Shown here piece by piece: positions 10,088 to 20,357 of a DNA stretch of 64,000 nt. Positions within the stretch are counted from its first letter, which is position 1, and the number at the start of each line of letters is the position of its first letter. The notes below the pieces were generated by a model. The model had not been told where the DNA came from. It ran no database searches and saw nothing but the letters and a program-made list of their open reading frames with translations. A program made the translations under genes and the position numbers. This DNA is from Alphaproteobacteria bacterium. Lineage in GTDB: Bacteria > Pseudomonadota > Alphaproteobacteria > SP197. The stretch covers positions 64,001 to 128,000 of the forward strand of contig OZ219746.1 in assembly GCA_964291265.2 (NCBI GenBank). Direction: 5' to 3'.

Positions 10088-13021
10088 CTAGACGATCTGA
10101 CGCTGCGCCAGGTCAGCGAAGGGACCGTCCCGCGCCATGAGTTCTTCATAGTGGCCGGTCTCGACGATCCGCCCCTCCTTCATCACGAAAATCCTGTCGG
10201 CGTCGCGGATCGTGCTCAGCCGATGGGCGATGACGATGCGCGTGATGTTGAGTGTGCGGAGCGATTCCTGAACGGTCAATTGAGTTCGATTGTCAAGTGC
10301 GCTGGTCGCCTCATCGAACAGCATGACCCGCGGCTTGCGGGCCAGGGCGCGGGCGATCAGCACTCTCTGCTTCTGTCCGCCGGACAATCCGGTGCCGCCT
10401 TCGGGCAGCACCGTATGCATCCCCATCGGCATGGCCCGGATCTCATCCTCGAGTCCTGCAGCCCGGGCGGCCGCCCAGGCCTCCTCCATGGTCAACGAGG
10501 AGGAGCCCGAGATATTCTCCAGAATGCTCGCGGCAACCAGCTTGCTGTCCTGGATCACAACCCCCATCAGGTTCCGCACCGTTGGCAGGTCGAGATGCAG
10601 GAGGTCATGACCGTCAATCAGAACCGCTCCCGAATCAGGGCGTTCAAAGCCGAGCAGCAGACGGTAGAGCGTCGACTTCCCGGAACCGGACGTCCCGACG
10701 AATGCCACATAGTCGCCTTGCCGGATGCTGAAGGACACATTGTCCACCGCGTTGGGCGTGTCCGGCAGGTAGCGGAAGGTGACCCGCGCAAACTCGATAT
10801 GTCCCGTGAGGTCTGTCGGAACGAAACTGCCGACGCCGCTCTCGAGCGGGCATTCGAGGATCGGCCGGACGCGCTCGAACAGCGGAACGGCGCTGCTGAT
10901 CGTCGTCCAGGCGCCGGTCAGGGAAACGATCGAGGCGGCGAACTGTCCGAACGCCGCATTGAAGGACAGGAAATCGGCAATGTCGAAGGACTCCGACGGT
11001 CCGCCTTCAATGAGCGAATACCATATGAAGGCGAAGAGAACGAGCAGGGACAACGGCATGAACATCGCATTCACGGTGTGCTGTCCGGCCCCCCAGAATC
11101 GCGCGGCGAGCGTGGCGCGCCGCTGGGCGGCGAACTGACGCGCCCAGAGCGCAAGCGCATAGAATTCGGCGTTCGCCATCCGCAGCTTTCCCACCCCGGT
11201 GATCATCTGGAAGACGAACCCGTCGATAAGTCCCTGCGTGCGAAACGCGGTGCGGTGGCAACGCACCTGGCGGCGTACCAGAAACCATGATGCTGCGACC
11301 AGCGCCAGCGAGATGCCGCATGCGCAGAGGGCGAGAGTCCAGCTGTAGTGGAAGAGAAGGGCGAGGCTGAAGACGGAGAACAGGCTGCTGACCAGCCCAT
11401 GCACGGTGGCGCCGGTCAGCAGTTGTCGGATCATGCCGACGCCGTTGGCCCGGTCGGCGAGGTCGCCCGCGGTGAAGCGGCGGAAGAACGATGTCGGCAG
11501 GGAAACCAGCCGGTTCCACACGGAGGCCTGAAGCTGCTCGTCGACCCGGCCCTCGACCCGCAAGGCCGCCAGGGCGCCCACGACATCAAACGCCGCGGCG
11601 CCCAGCGCACCCAGGCCAAGCGCGCCGAGGGCAGCGATCCACATCTGCGTGTCACCACGCGGAATGATCTCGGCCAGAAGCTTGCCCGTGATGATCGGCG
11701 TCAGGAGGGCGACCAGGCTGCTCAGGACGGCCATTGCAGCCAGGAGCCGGAAATCCCGTCCACACCGGCGCAGGCCGTGAAGCAGCGCCGCCAGGCCGGT
11801 CCTGACGCGATCCGGCAGGGGAGCGTACAGCATGACAGCGCGACGTTCGATCCCCTCGGCGGCCTTGCGGTCGACAGTCCAGACCCGCCCGGCCTCCGGG
11901 TCGACGGCGCGGTAGGAGCCGCGGCCGTTCGAAAGGACCGCCAGCGGCCGGGCGCCATCGATCAAACGCCCGACGAAGGAAGGCCCGTGGCGCCTGGGCC
12001 AGTCGTCCGCAAGCGCTATCTCGCGCGTCCTCATCCCGGAAAGACGGGTAAAGGAGGCCAGGGTTCCCGCGTCAGACGTCTGGCTTGCTTCGTGGCTGTT
12101 TCGGGAAGCGCCAAGGTCGCCGCCGACGGACCTGGCGACCAGACTCGCCGCCGTGAACAAGGGCGCGCGGTTGGCTGCCGGCGCCGCCATCTCGTCGCCT
12201 GTCGCCGTGTTCAGGACCTCGCCGATACCCTGGAGGATCGTCGATGTGACCGTCTCGCGGTCCTTGCGGCTTGTCCGGCTGCGTTCCCGGGCGGTGGTGA
12301 TGTCCCTTTCGTCGACGAGCTGCGCCGCTCTGAGCAGCAGCGTGCTGAAACGGTCCATGGCCGGCCAGAGCCGGTCCGTGCCCAGGAGCGCCGGGGTGTG
12401 CACCGCCGAGACCTCGGTGTCGGCGGCGAGGTGCAGCCAGGTCCATTCCGACAGCGGCAGAAGCGTCCTCGCTCCGACGGCGAACTCTCGGTTTCCGATG
12501 AAGTGGGTCGACCGGTCCGCCGAGACCCAGATCACGTCCGAGTGATGCGCGCCCACCGCGAGGCCGGCAGGGTAGGGCACGTTCGGGTCGGCTTCGAGCA
12601 ACTGCATGCCGCGCGGCGGCAGAAGCCGGTTTCGCGACAGAAATTCCGACAGGTTCGATATCCACCCGTCGATGAGGGTGAGCGTGCCGATGCTCAACGC
12701 TCCCTCGGCGTTGAGCAACGATCGTTCCGTCTCCATGATGGCGGCGTCTCGAGACGGAACGGCAAGGAAGGAAAGCCTCTCCTGACCGGACTCGGCACTT
12801 TCCAGCGCCGGTCCGTCAAGGGCGGCCTGGCCGGCGACGACACGAGTGATGAAGGGGCTGCGGTGAAGCGGCAGGTCACCACTGCTCCTGACCGCGAAAA
12901 TGTCCAGATAGCCCCGGGCGACCATGACGACGCGCCCGGGATCGTTCAGAATGATGGGTCTGAACGCGCCCGTTTCCCGGGGTGGGCCGAAGATGTGCGC
13001 GATGGAGTCGGGTACGGGCAC
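10088..13021 (-). CDS. NHLP bacteriocin export ABC transporter, permease/ATPase subunit (no peptidase)
   Basis: TM domain; GTSGSGKST; LSGGQKQR; FDEATSALD; long N-terminal extension typical of the NHLP second subunit. Confidence 0.9.
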   Translation of the reverse strand: MPVPDSIAHIFGPPRETGAFRPIILNDPGRVVMVARGYLDIFAVRSSGDLPLHRSPFITRVVAGQAALDGPALESAESGQERLSFLAVPSRDAAIMETERSLLNAEGALSIGTLTLIDGWISNLSEFLSRNRLLPPRGMQLLEADPNVPYPAGLAVGAHHSDVIWVSADRSTHFIGNREFAVGARTLLPLSEWTWLHLAADTEVSAVHTPALLGTDRLWPAMDRFSTLLLRAAQLVDERDITTARERSRTSRKDRETVTSTILQGIGEVLNTATGDEMAAPAANRAPLFTAASLVARSVGGDLGASRNSHEASQTSDAGTLASFTRLSGMRTREIALADDWPRRHGPSFVGRLIDGARPLAVLSNGRGSYRAVDPEAGRVWTVDRKAAEGIERRAVMLYAPLPDRVRTGLAALLHGLRRCGRDFRLLAAMAVLSSLVALLTPIITGKLLAEIIPRGDTQMWIAALGALGLGALGAAAFDVVGALAALRVEGRVDEQLQASVWNRLVSLPTSFFRRFTAGDLADRANGVGMIRQLLTGATVHGLVSSLFSVFSLALLFHYSWTLALCACGISLALVAASWFLVRRQVRCHRTAFRTQGLIDGFVFQMITGVGKLRMANAEFYALALWARQFAAQRRATLAARFWGAGQHTVNAMFMPLSLLVLFAFIWYSLIEGGPSESFDIADFLSFNAAFGQFAASIVSLTGAWTTISSAVPLFERVRPILECPLESGVGSFVPTDLTGHIEFARVTFRYLPDTPNAVDNVSFSIRQGDYVAFVGTSGSGKSTLYRLLLGFERPDSGAVLIDGHDLLHLDLPTVRNLMGVVIQDSKLVAASILENISGSSSLTMEEAWAAARAAGLEDEIRAMPMGMHTVLPEGGTGLSGGQKQRVLIARALARKPRVMLFDEATSALDNRTQLTVQESLRTLNITRIVIAHRLSTIRDADRIFVMKEGRIVETGHYEELMARDGPFADLAQRQIV

Positions 13022-13025
13022 GTTC

Positions 13026-15215
13026 TCAACCCGACGTGATCAGCGTGCGGTAAAGACCGTCGGTTTCGATCAGTTCATCGTGCCGGCCTTCCTGGACAAC
13101 CCGGCCACCGTCGAGCACGACGATCCGGTCGGCGTCCCGGATCGTGCTGAGCCGATGGGCAATGATCAGGCAGGTGCAACCGCGCTGGCGGAGGTTGTCG
13201 TCAATCTCCATTTCGGTTGCAGGATCGAGTGCGGCGGTGGCTTCATCGAACACGATGATGTGCGGATCGGGCGCAAGCGCCCGCGCGATTTCAAGACGCT
13301 GGCGTTGACCGCCGCTCAAGTTTCGGCCGCCTTCCTCTATCGGCGCGTCGTACTTGTCCGGTCGCGCCATGATGTCGTCGAGAATGGCGGCATCGCGCAG
13401 GGCCTGGGCGACCCGACGGTTGCTGACGGTCGAGTTCCAGAGGGTGATGTTGTCCCGCACGCTTCCCTCGAACAGGACGATTTCCTGATCGACATAGGCG
13501 ACAGTCTCGGCGATGTGGCTCGGGGACAGGTCCTGCAGCCGGTCTGCATCGATGCGCACCGTACCGGACCAGGGATTGAGCAGGCCGCAAACCAGCTTGC
13601 CGACGGTCGACTTGCCGCTGCCGGAACCGCCGACAAGGGCAACCCGCTGGCCCGGATTGATCTCAAGGCTGAAATTCTCGATCAGCGGCGCCTCCTGCCG
13701 GTTGTAGCCGAAGGTGACATTGTCGAGCCTGACAAAACCCGAGCAGCGCGGACGTTCGCCCTCGTCGGACCGGCGCATGCCGCGAACGACCCGCCGATCC
13801 GGCCTGTAGTTCAACACGTCGTCGAGCCGGGCAATGTCGGCCTTGACTGTCTGCAGGCTGGCGCCGAACTGGATCAGACCCTCAATCGGCTGGGAGAAGC
13901 TGCGCGCAAGACTCTGAAAGGCAACCAGCCCGCCGACGGTCAGCACGCCCTCCAGGAGGCGCAGACCACCGACGCCCAGAATGGCAACGGTCGTCAGTGC
14001 CGTGAGCAGAGGCGGCACGACGTTCAGGAGGCTTGTCAACCGGCCGAGGTCCTGCTGGGCGGCCACGACGTTGGCATGCATGCCGGACAGGCGTGAGAAC
14101 AGGTCGCTCTCCGTGCCGTTGGCCTTCAGCGTTTCGATCATGCTGAGGCCGGCGACCGACGCACCCGCGACCTTGCCCTGTTCCTTGAGCAGGCGGCGGC
14201 TGGCATTCTCCCGGGCGCTTGAGACCACGCGAAGGGCGAACAGGTTGACGATCCCCATGGCGAACACGACGAGCGCCAGGATCATGTCGTAGGCCAGCAT
14301 GACGGCCGCATAGGCGATCATGGTGAGCATGTTGACGGCATTGGTGGCGAGCTCGCCTGAAACCACCCGCGCCACATTGTCGTTCGACGCGACCCGGTTG
14401 GCGATGTCGCCCGCAAAACGTTGCGAGAAGAATGCCATGGGCAGCGTCATGACATGCCAGAAGAATTGCGATGTCGCGACGAGCGAAAGCTTGGTTTCCA
14501 TACGCGCAAGACAGTGCTGCTGGAACCAGGTGAGCAGGCCTTGCAGGACGGTCACGAGTGCGAGGCCGATGAGAAGCGGTACAACGAGATTCTCGCTCCT
14601 CCCGACCAGGATCTCATCCACGAAGACCTTGGAGATGGTCGGCAGGGCAAGCCCTGGAACCAGCAGCGCGAGAGTCGCGAGGACAACGAACAGCAAGGCG
14701 GACCGCGCCCGGCCCAGACGAGCGAACAAGCCCTGCAGCAGACTCGGTCGCGCACCGCTTCGATCGAACTGCTGCGTCGGCTGGAAGGCGAGGCAGACCC
14801 CGGTGAACCCCTCGTCGAACTCCTGCATGGATATGCGGCGCGGGCCTTCGGCCGGATCGTTGATGTAGACGAGACCGCGCCGGATGCCCTCGAGCACGAT
14901 GAAATGGTTGAAATTCCAGAACACGATCATGGGGAAGGGAAGATCGAACAGGCGTCCCGGATCGCGGCGGAAGCCGCGCGCATCGAGGCCGAGTTCCCTG
15001 GCCGCCCGCAGCATGTTGACCGCCTTGCTGCCGTCGCGCGACACGCCGCAGCGCACCCGCAGTTCTTCCAGGGGCACCCACTTGCCGTAGCGGGCAAGAA
15101 TCATCGCCAGACAGGCGGCGCCGCATTCCGTCGCCTCCATCTGCAGGATGGTGGGTACGCTTCGCCTGCCGCCGCGCCTGCGGGAAAGGTTCGCTCGCAG
15201 CTTGGTGGAGTTCAC
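13026..15215 (-). CDS. NHLP bacteriocin ABC transporter with C39 peptidase (double-Gly leader removal)
   Basis: QMEATECGAACL with catalytic Cys; FWNFNHF; GGSGSGKST; LSGGQRQR. Confidence 0.93.
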   Translation of the reverse strand: MNSTKLRANLSRRRGGRRSVPTILQMEATECGAACLAMILARYGKWVPLEELRVRCGVSRDGSKAVNMLRAARELGLDARGFRRDPGRLFDLPFPMIVFWNFNHFIVLEGIRRGLVYINDPAEGPRRISMQEFDEGFTGVCLAFQPTQQFDRSGARPSLLQGLFARLGRARSALLFVVLATLALLVPGLALPTISKVFVDEILVGRSENLVVPLLIGLALVTVLQGLLTWFQQHCLARMETKLSLVATSQFFWHVMTLPMAFFSQRFAGDIANRVASNDNVARVVSGELATNAVNMLTMIAYAAVMLAYDMILALVVFAMGIVNLFALRVVSSARENASRRLLKEQGKVAGASVAGLSMIETLKANGTESDLFSRLSGMHANVVAAQQDLGRLTSLLNVVPPLLTALTTVAILGVGGLRLLEGVLTVGGLVAFQSLARSFSQPIEGLIQFGASLQTVKADIARLDDVLNYRPDRRVVRGMRRSDEGERPRCSGFVRLDNVTFGYNRQEAPLIENFSLEINPGQRVALVGGSGSGKSTVGKLVCGLLNPWSGTVRIDADRLQDLSPSHIAETVAYVDQEIVLFEGSVRDNITLWNSTVSNRRVAQALRDAAILDDIMARPDKYDAPIEEGGRNLSGGQRQRLEIARALAPDPHIIVFDEATAALDPATEMEIDDNLRQRGCTCLIIAHRLSTIRDADRIVVLDGGRVVQEGRHDELIETDGLYRTLITSG

Positions 15216-16462
15216 TGTCCGGTCAGCTTCTTCAGCAGCGGAATGGCCATGGCGATGGGGCGCTGGCTCGTGACCTTGACATCGATGCTGGCGAGCGTTC
15301 CGGAGATCAGCGCCTCACTTGCTCCCTTCGTCGTGGTCCAGGCGAAACCGCTCGCCGTCGATGGATCGGGCAGCAGCGTCACGCGGCTGGCGTATGGCGG
15401 CCCGTTCTGGGAGAAGATCTGGGCAAGCTCCTGATTCTGCAACACGGTGACCATGCCGCTGACGCTTACCGGAAACTCCGACACGTTCTCGACCAGACCC
15501 TTGACAAAGCCATGCGTCTGCGGCTGCGTGGTCGCAGGAGAGACCAACACCTTCATTCCCGGCTCGACCCGTTTGCCATCGGCCGGTGGAATGTACATCA
15601 GCACCTCGACTTCTTCGTTCGAGCCGGTCTTGATGCTGAGCACGGGCTGGCCCGAAACGAGCACCGAACCCAGGGCGGCCTTGATCTCGATGACACCGCC
15701 GGAAACCGGCGCCAGGATCTGTTGCGACTGCAGACGTGTCTGGAGTTCACGAGCCCGCAGGCGCGCCTCCTGAAGACGGGTGTCGGCACTGCCGACCTGG
15801 ACGCGGTGATCGTTGAGGCGCGTCAACTCCCGCGCTTCCAGCGTCTCGAGCCGGTGAGTGGTTTCGAACAACTCCTGCAGTGCGCGGTCAAACGCCTGCT
15901 GGCTGCGCTCCAGGGTAACCCTTGTGACGACGCGTTCATCGTAGAGCTGGCGGTGGCTGTCGAGGCGTTCACGGGCGCTGTGCACTGCCTCGCGGCCAAT
16001 GCTCTCGAGCTGTTCAAGGCGAGCCTGCTGCTTGGCCACGTTGTTCTTGAACAACTGATCCTCTGCTTCGAACGCTGCCTTGAGATTGTCCAGGGCCCGT
16101 TCGCTCTCTTCAACCAAGGCGAGAGCGCTGCGGTAGCGTTCCGTCAGATCTGGATTCACGGTCGTGGCAACGACCTCTCCCTTGTCAACCGATTCACCGA
16201 CCGTGAAGGCGATATCGGTCAGCGTGCCCGTATCGACGGCCACGGCGTCAATCACCGTGCCACCGGTGTTCAGCAGTATTCCGTTGGCACTCACATAGGT
16301 GGAAACGGATCCCCACACCGACCAGGCCACCAGCGCGGCGACGAATGCCATCAAGGCGCACAGCGCCACCCATTGCCTGGCCGAAACGATCGAAAGTGCA
16401 CGATCGATCTTCTCCGGTTCGGACAGCCGGTCCAGCGCTGCCTTTCTGAACAGTTCCGCCAT
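15212..16462 (-). CDS. NHLP bacteriocin secretion protein (HlyD membrane fusion protein)
   Basis: LFRKAALDRLSEPEKID N-terminus, one TM helix, coiled coil, C-terminal RPIAMAIP. Confidence 0.9.
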   Translation of the reverse strand: MAELFRKAALDRLSEPEKIDRALSIVSARQWVALCALMAFVAALVAWSVWGSVSTYVSANGILLNTGGTVIDAVAVDTGTLTDIAFTVGESVDKGEVVATTVNPDLTERYRSALALVEESERALDNLKAAFEAEDQLFKNNVAKQQARLEQLESIGREAVHSARERLDSHRQLYDERVVTRVTLERSQQAFDRALQELFETTHRLETLEARELTRLNDHRVQVGSADTRLQEARLRARELQTRLQSQQILAPVSGGVIEIKAALGSVLVSGQPVLSIKTGSNEEVEVLMYIPPADGKRVEPGMKVLVSPATTQPQTHGFVKGLVENVSEFPVSVSGMVTVLQNQELAQIFSQNGPPYASRVTLLPDPSTASGFAWTTTKGASEALISGTLASIDVKVTSQRPIAMAIPLLKKLTGQ

Positions 16463-16535
16463 TTGTGCACACCAGGAGTCTAATTGCGGACGACGCCCTG
16501 ACGGTCAGGGCATCGGGTGGGACAGGCTGCCGCCG

Positions 16536-18059
16536 TCATCTGGTTGAGAGGATCCCGGGAGCGAGCTTCCACTTCACCTCGCGGGCCTCGCGGGCGAGAT
16601 CCGGCACACCGGCAATCCCGAGTCTCCGCGAGGTCAGCGCACCCACCGCTTCCAGCAGGCGATAGGCCTCGACGGTCACGTCGCGTTCAGCCGAAAGCGC
16701 GCTGATCTGGCGCGTCACGACACGCCGTTCGGCATCCAGAATCTCCCGGGTCGTGCGCTCTCCGAACTCGGCCTCGCGCTTGATCCCTGCCAGGGCGGTG
16801 CGTGATGCCTCGACTGCGGTCGCAAAGGCCGCCTGCCTCTGCCGGGCCGCTTCCAGGTTCCGCCAGGCGCTTTCGACCAGTTGCGAGGCACTGCGCACCG
16901 CATCGAGCCATTCGTTGCGGCGCTGGGCCTGAAGATGTCGGGCTCGGCGAATCCGCGGACCTGTCACCCCCGCCTGATAGATCGGCACGGTCAGCTGCAG
17001 CGTCAGGCTCATTTCGGTACTGTCCGGAAGAGCCGTTCCTGTCTGTCTCTTGGCCGCAGCCCTGAGGTCGACGCGCGGTCCGAGCTCGGCCGTGGCCACG
17101 AGAACCGACGCCTCGGCCACGCGAATCGCGGTTTCGGCGGCGCGAACGGCGGGCCGCTGCGTGCGGGCTGTCCGGTGTGCTTCCTCCAGGGTTCGCGGCA
17201 GGCCGGCCGGCAGGCCTGCCGCCTCGAGACCGTCCGGCACCAGGCCGGTCAACTGGAGAAGGCGGGCTCTGTGGACGTTCAGTTCGCTCGTCGCCGCCAC
17301 CATGTCCGCTGCGGCGATCTCCCGTTCCGCCTCGGCCTGGGCGACATCGGCGCCGGTCCGGTCCCCGACATCGTATTGCGCCTTGACGTCGCGAACCTGC
17401 TCATCGAAGGCGGCAAGGGAGGCTGCGCGCAACTCCACGACCCGTTCCGCCCGGAGCGTGTCGAGATAGACTGTCGCGGCGCGAAGAAGAACGGTCTGTT
17501 CGCTGTCTTCCACGGAGGCGTGGCTCCTTGACACGCTCTGGACAGCCCTTCGGAGCGCAGCGGAGTCGCGGCCGCTGCGAAACAGGTTCTGCGTGATGGA
17601 GAATGTCCAGGAGCGCGGAGAAGAATACTGGGTTCGGTCAGCACCCAGGGAAAAGGACCGATCGGAGACGATCCGTTGCCGACCGGCGCTGGCGTTGAAC
17701 TGGAGCGTGGGCAGCCATGCCGAAACGGCCTCGGGCACATCCTGGTGGCGCGCGCGCGCAGCCTCGCGGACCGCGGCCAGACCCGGGTTCGACGCCGCGG
17801 CCGCGGCCAGCACCTCCTCGATGGTCAGCGCCGAGGCCGGCGCTGCGGTGAGCGCAAGGGCAGTGCCGAGCCAGGCAAGGCACGAACGAGCGATGCGCCA
17901 TCGCAAGGGCATGGTCCTGCAACCAGGCCGCGTGCGTCTGCGGCGCCCCTGGCGGCGGCCCGAGGCTTCCATCGGGCATGCTTGCCGTCGGGCAATTCTC
18001 AGCCATCCCCCGTGCAGCGGCCGGGCCGGACCGCTTTCCGCCATTGCCGTTCGGTTCAT
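16536..18059 (-). CDS. TolC-family outer membrane channel
   Basis: Signal peptide then LTIEEVLAAAAASNPGL; QNLFRSG; VPIYQAG; FGERTTREILDAE; start uncertain (18059 overlaps the upstream stop as ATGA). Confidence 0.85.
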   Translation of the reverse strand: MNRTAMAESGPARPLHGGWLRIARRQACPMEASGRRQGRRRRTRPGCRTMPLRWRIARSCLAWLGTALALTAAPASALTIEEVLAAAAASNPGLAAVREAARARHQDVPEAVSAWLPTLQFNASAGRQRIVSDRSFSLGADRTQYSSPRSWTFSITQNLFRSGRDSAALRRAVQSVSRSHASVEDSEQTVLLRAATVYLDTLRAERVVELRAASLAAFDEQVRDVKAQYDVGDRTGADVAQAEAEREIAAADMVAATSELNVHRARLLQLTGLVPDGLEAAGLPAGLPRTLEEAHRTARTQRPAVRAAETAIRVAEASVLVATAELGPRVDLRAAAKRQTGTALPDSTEMSLTLQLTVPIYQAGVTGPRIRRARHLQAQRRNEWLDAVRSASQLVESAWRNLEAARQRQAAFATAVEASRTALAGIKREAEFGERTTREILDAERRVVTRQISALSAERDVTVEAYRLLEAVGALTSRRLGIAGVPDLAREAREVKWKLAPGILSTR

Positions 18060-20356
18060 ATGAAGACCGCCACCGGGTTGAGATCGGCTTCGGCCTTGGG
18101 CGTTTCTCGCCACCCCATGGCAACCGGCACGTCGTACAGGCGGCCGGGAGCAAAACGCGGCCAGAAGTGACGCAATCCCGGCACGATGGTCCGGGCGACC
18201 GGCATACCGATATCCGGCCGGGTCTGGTCGAGCACCAGAAACTCCATGCCCCTCGCCTCAACCAGCGCCTGACAATACTCGACGTCATCCTTGATGTCGG
18301 TTGTCTGCGGCGCCGAATAGTCCCGGGCCAGACGTTGCCGCATCCGTTTGTCCGGCGCAAGATAGGGATGCTCGGCAAGTGTTGCATTGCGCCACCACCA
18401 GAGGCATTCCGGATCGTCATAGAGGTAGCCGTTGCCGTCGATGCCGACATCTCGAACGGCGACCAGATACTGGTTCAATTCGCACAGTGCACGGAAGGCG
18501 GCAATGCGTGGTTCGAAATGGGCGCCGGCCGAATACAGGATGTCTTCGGCCTCCTTGTCAGTCCGGCGCGACACCGCAACGAATACCGGGATACCGAGAT
18601 CGGTGGTCGCATCAAGCATTCGCAGATCGCGGTGGAAGGACTTGTAGTATTCGCGCGCGCGGTCGAAATAGGCTTCGCCGAAGCTGTCGAAGTCCAGCTC
18701 GGGAAGCGATACCCGATTGTACCACCAGCAGGCAAAGGCATCGCGCTCGACCAGCTCGAAAAATCCCTGGAGAATCGCCTCCTCCAGCGTGTTGCCTGAC
18801 GCGCAGCCGTTCGAATCCGGACCGCAATAGATCTGGCCGTCCTCCAGCGGTGCGGCGAAATAGAGCATGGAGGTGGGCAGGTGGCGGTGACACCCCCGAG
18901 TCATCGACCAGACCGGTGTCCAGCTCATCTCCACGGCAGGATCGAAACGCCTCGGGACAAAATTGAATCGCGCTCTGCGCGCGTTGATCTCTTCGGCGTG
19001 GTCGTACTGCCAGTCGCTGAAGAGCTGGACCGTGTTGGGATGGATCGCTTCGCCGTCGGCGAAATCCTCAAGGCGCGCGCGGCGGCGGATCTCGTCGCCG
19101 TGAAAGGCGCCGGAAACGCGCTCGATCGCCTCGCACAAAGCGCTCGCTTCGGCCTGTTCGGGACTGGCGCCCTTGCCCGAACTCTTGCTCCTCAGCGTGG
19201 TGCGCAGCAGGCGCAGGTTGTCGCTCCTCAGCGCTATGTTGCTGCCGGACCAGTAGACATGCAGCCACGGGTCCGTTTCGTTCGTGGAACGCACCAGTTG
19301 GGTGACCACGCCGCTCACCGGGCTGACCAGGTGACGGTAACGGGCAATCGTCTCCCGCGGTGGCACCGAACGCGAGCCGCCGGAATTGGCCACCGTTCGG
19401 GGGCATGGTGCGAGCGTGACTGGAACCGGCGCCCGGTCGGGGCGGTAGAGCGCCGCGTCGCCACAGACCCCGCATTGCGGTCGGCGGAACACCCGATGCC
19501 GGTCGTTTTCGAGACTGTGGGCATCGACCGAGATCGCGTGCTCATGGAGCGCCGCCCTCTCCCCGAAGACGATCCATCTGGCAATCTCGACCGCGGCGAG
19601 ACCGAGGATTGCCTCGACAAGCGGTGCTGGCGCGACTCGGCGCAGGACAGCGCCCCCCCCGCCGGTGCGCAGGAAACTCTCGATTTCGCGATTGCTGCGC
19701 AGACGATGGGCCAGACAGGCCCAGCACGGTCCGCCGTCGCCAGGCCGGAAAACCGGACCGAAAAGCGCCGTCAGGCCGTTGGGCGCCACCGGCAGCCACG
19801 GAAGTCCGGATGCCAGGTGACGGCGGTTGGCCTCGGCGCAGTCCTCACCGAGCAGGTCGTCGCACAGGATGACCGAGAGGGTCGGATTGTCGTCGGTCAC
19901 GGTGACGCCCATCGCAGCAAGCGCGGCACCGAGACCGTCGCCCGTCACCGCAACCCGCACGGCGTCCAGCCGTGTCTCCGCCCAGCGTGGCGACGCGCCG
20001 CACGCACTCCAGAAGGCAGCCATGTCCCGGCTGATCGTGGCGTCTGCTGAGACAACGTAGCCCTTCGACGCCAGCGAGACCAGCGCGGTCTGGACTTCGA
20101 TCGCCGAATACCGGTCGGCCAGCGCCGCGGCGATTTCGTGGCGCGAGTGGCTGCCGTCAAGCAGGGGCAGGATATCGATGTAGCGCCGGCCGTGGAGAAC
20201 TCCGCTGAACACCTCGGACACGATCAGCGCGGTCGTGTCGTCGTGAAGGCGAACATCGAGATGCGGCGCCAGCATCGGCCGCTCGACAAGGCCGCGGTCG
20301 TCCGCCAGACTGCACAGGATGGCCATTGACGGGGGAGTGACCGAATCGGCGGCCAT
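18056..20356 (-). CDS. Fused RRE/E1-YcaO cyclodehydratase (PatD/TruD-like), paralog A
   Basis: PCWAC and CGVC; ASALCEAIER; SNGCASGNTLEEAILQGFFELVERD; C-terminus LNPVAVFI. Confidence 0.93.
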   Translation of the reverse strand: MAADSVTPPSMAILCSLADDRGLVERPMLAPHLDVRLHDDTTALIVSEVFSGVLHGRRYIDILPLLDGSHSRHEIAAALADRYSAIEVQTALVSLASKGYVVSADATISRDMAAFWSACGASPRWAETRLDAVRVAVTGDGLGAALAAMGVTVTDDNPTLSVILCDDLLGEDCAEANRRHLASGLPWLPVAPNGLTALFGPVFRPGDGGPCWACLAHRLRSNREIESFLRTGGGGAVLRRVAPAPLVEAILGLAAVEIARWIVFGERAALHEHAISVDAHSLENDRHRVFRRPQCGVCGDAALYRPDRAPVPVTLAPCPRTVANSGGSRSVPPRETIARYRHLVSPVSGVVTQLVRSTNETDPWLHVYWSGSNIALRSDNLRLLRTTLRSKSSGKGASPEQAEASALCEAIERVSGAFHGDEIRRRARLEDFADGEAIHPNTVQLFSDWQYDHAEEINARRARFNFVPRRFDPAVEMSWTPVWSMTRGCHRHLPTSMLYFAAPLEDGQIYCGPDSNGCASGNTLEEAILQGFFELVERDAFACWWYNRVSLPELDFDSFGEAYFDRAREYYKSFHRDLRMLDATTDLGIPVFVAVSRRTDKEAEDILYSAGAHFEPRIAAFRALCELNQYLVAVRDVGIDGNGYLYDDPECLWWWRNATLAEHPYLAPDKRMRQRLARDYSAPQTTDIKDDVEYCQALVEARGMEFLVLDQTRPDIGMPVARTIVPGLRHFWPRFAPGRLYDVPVAMGWRETPKAEADLNPVAVFI

Positions 20357-20357
20357 C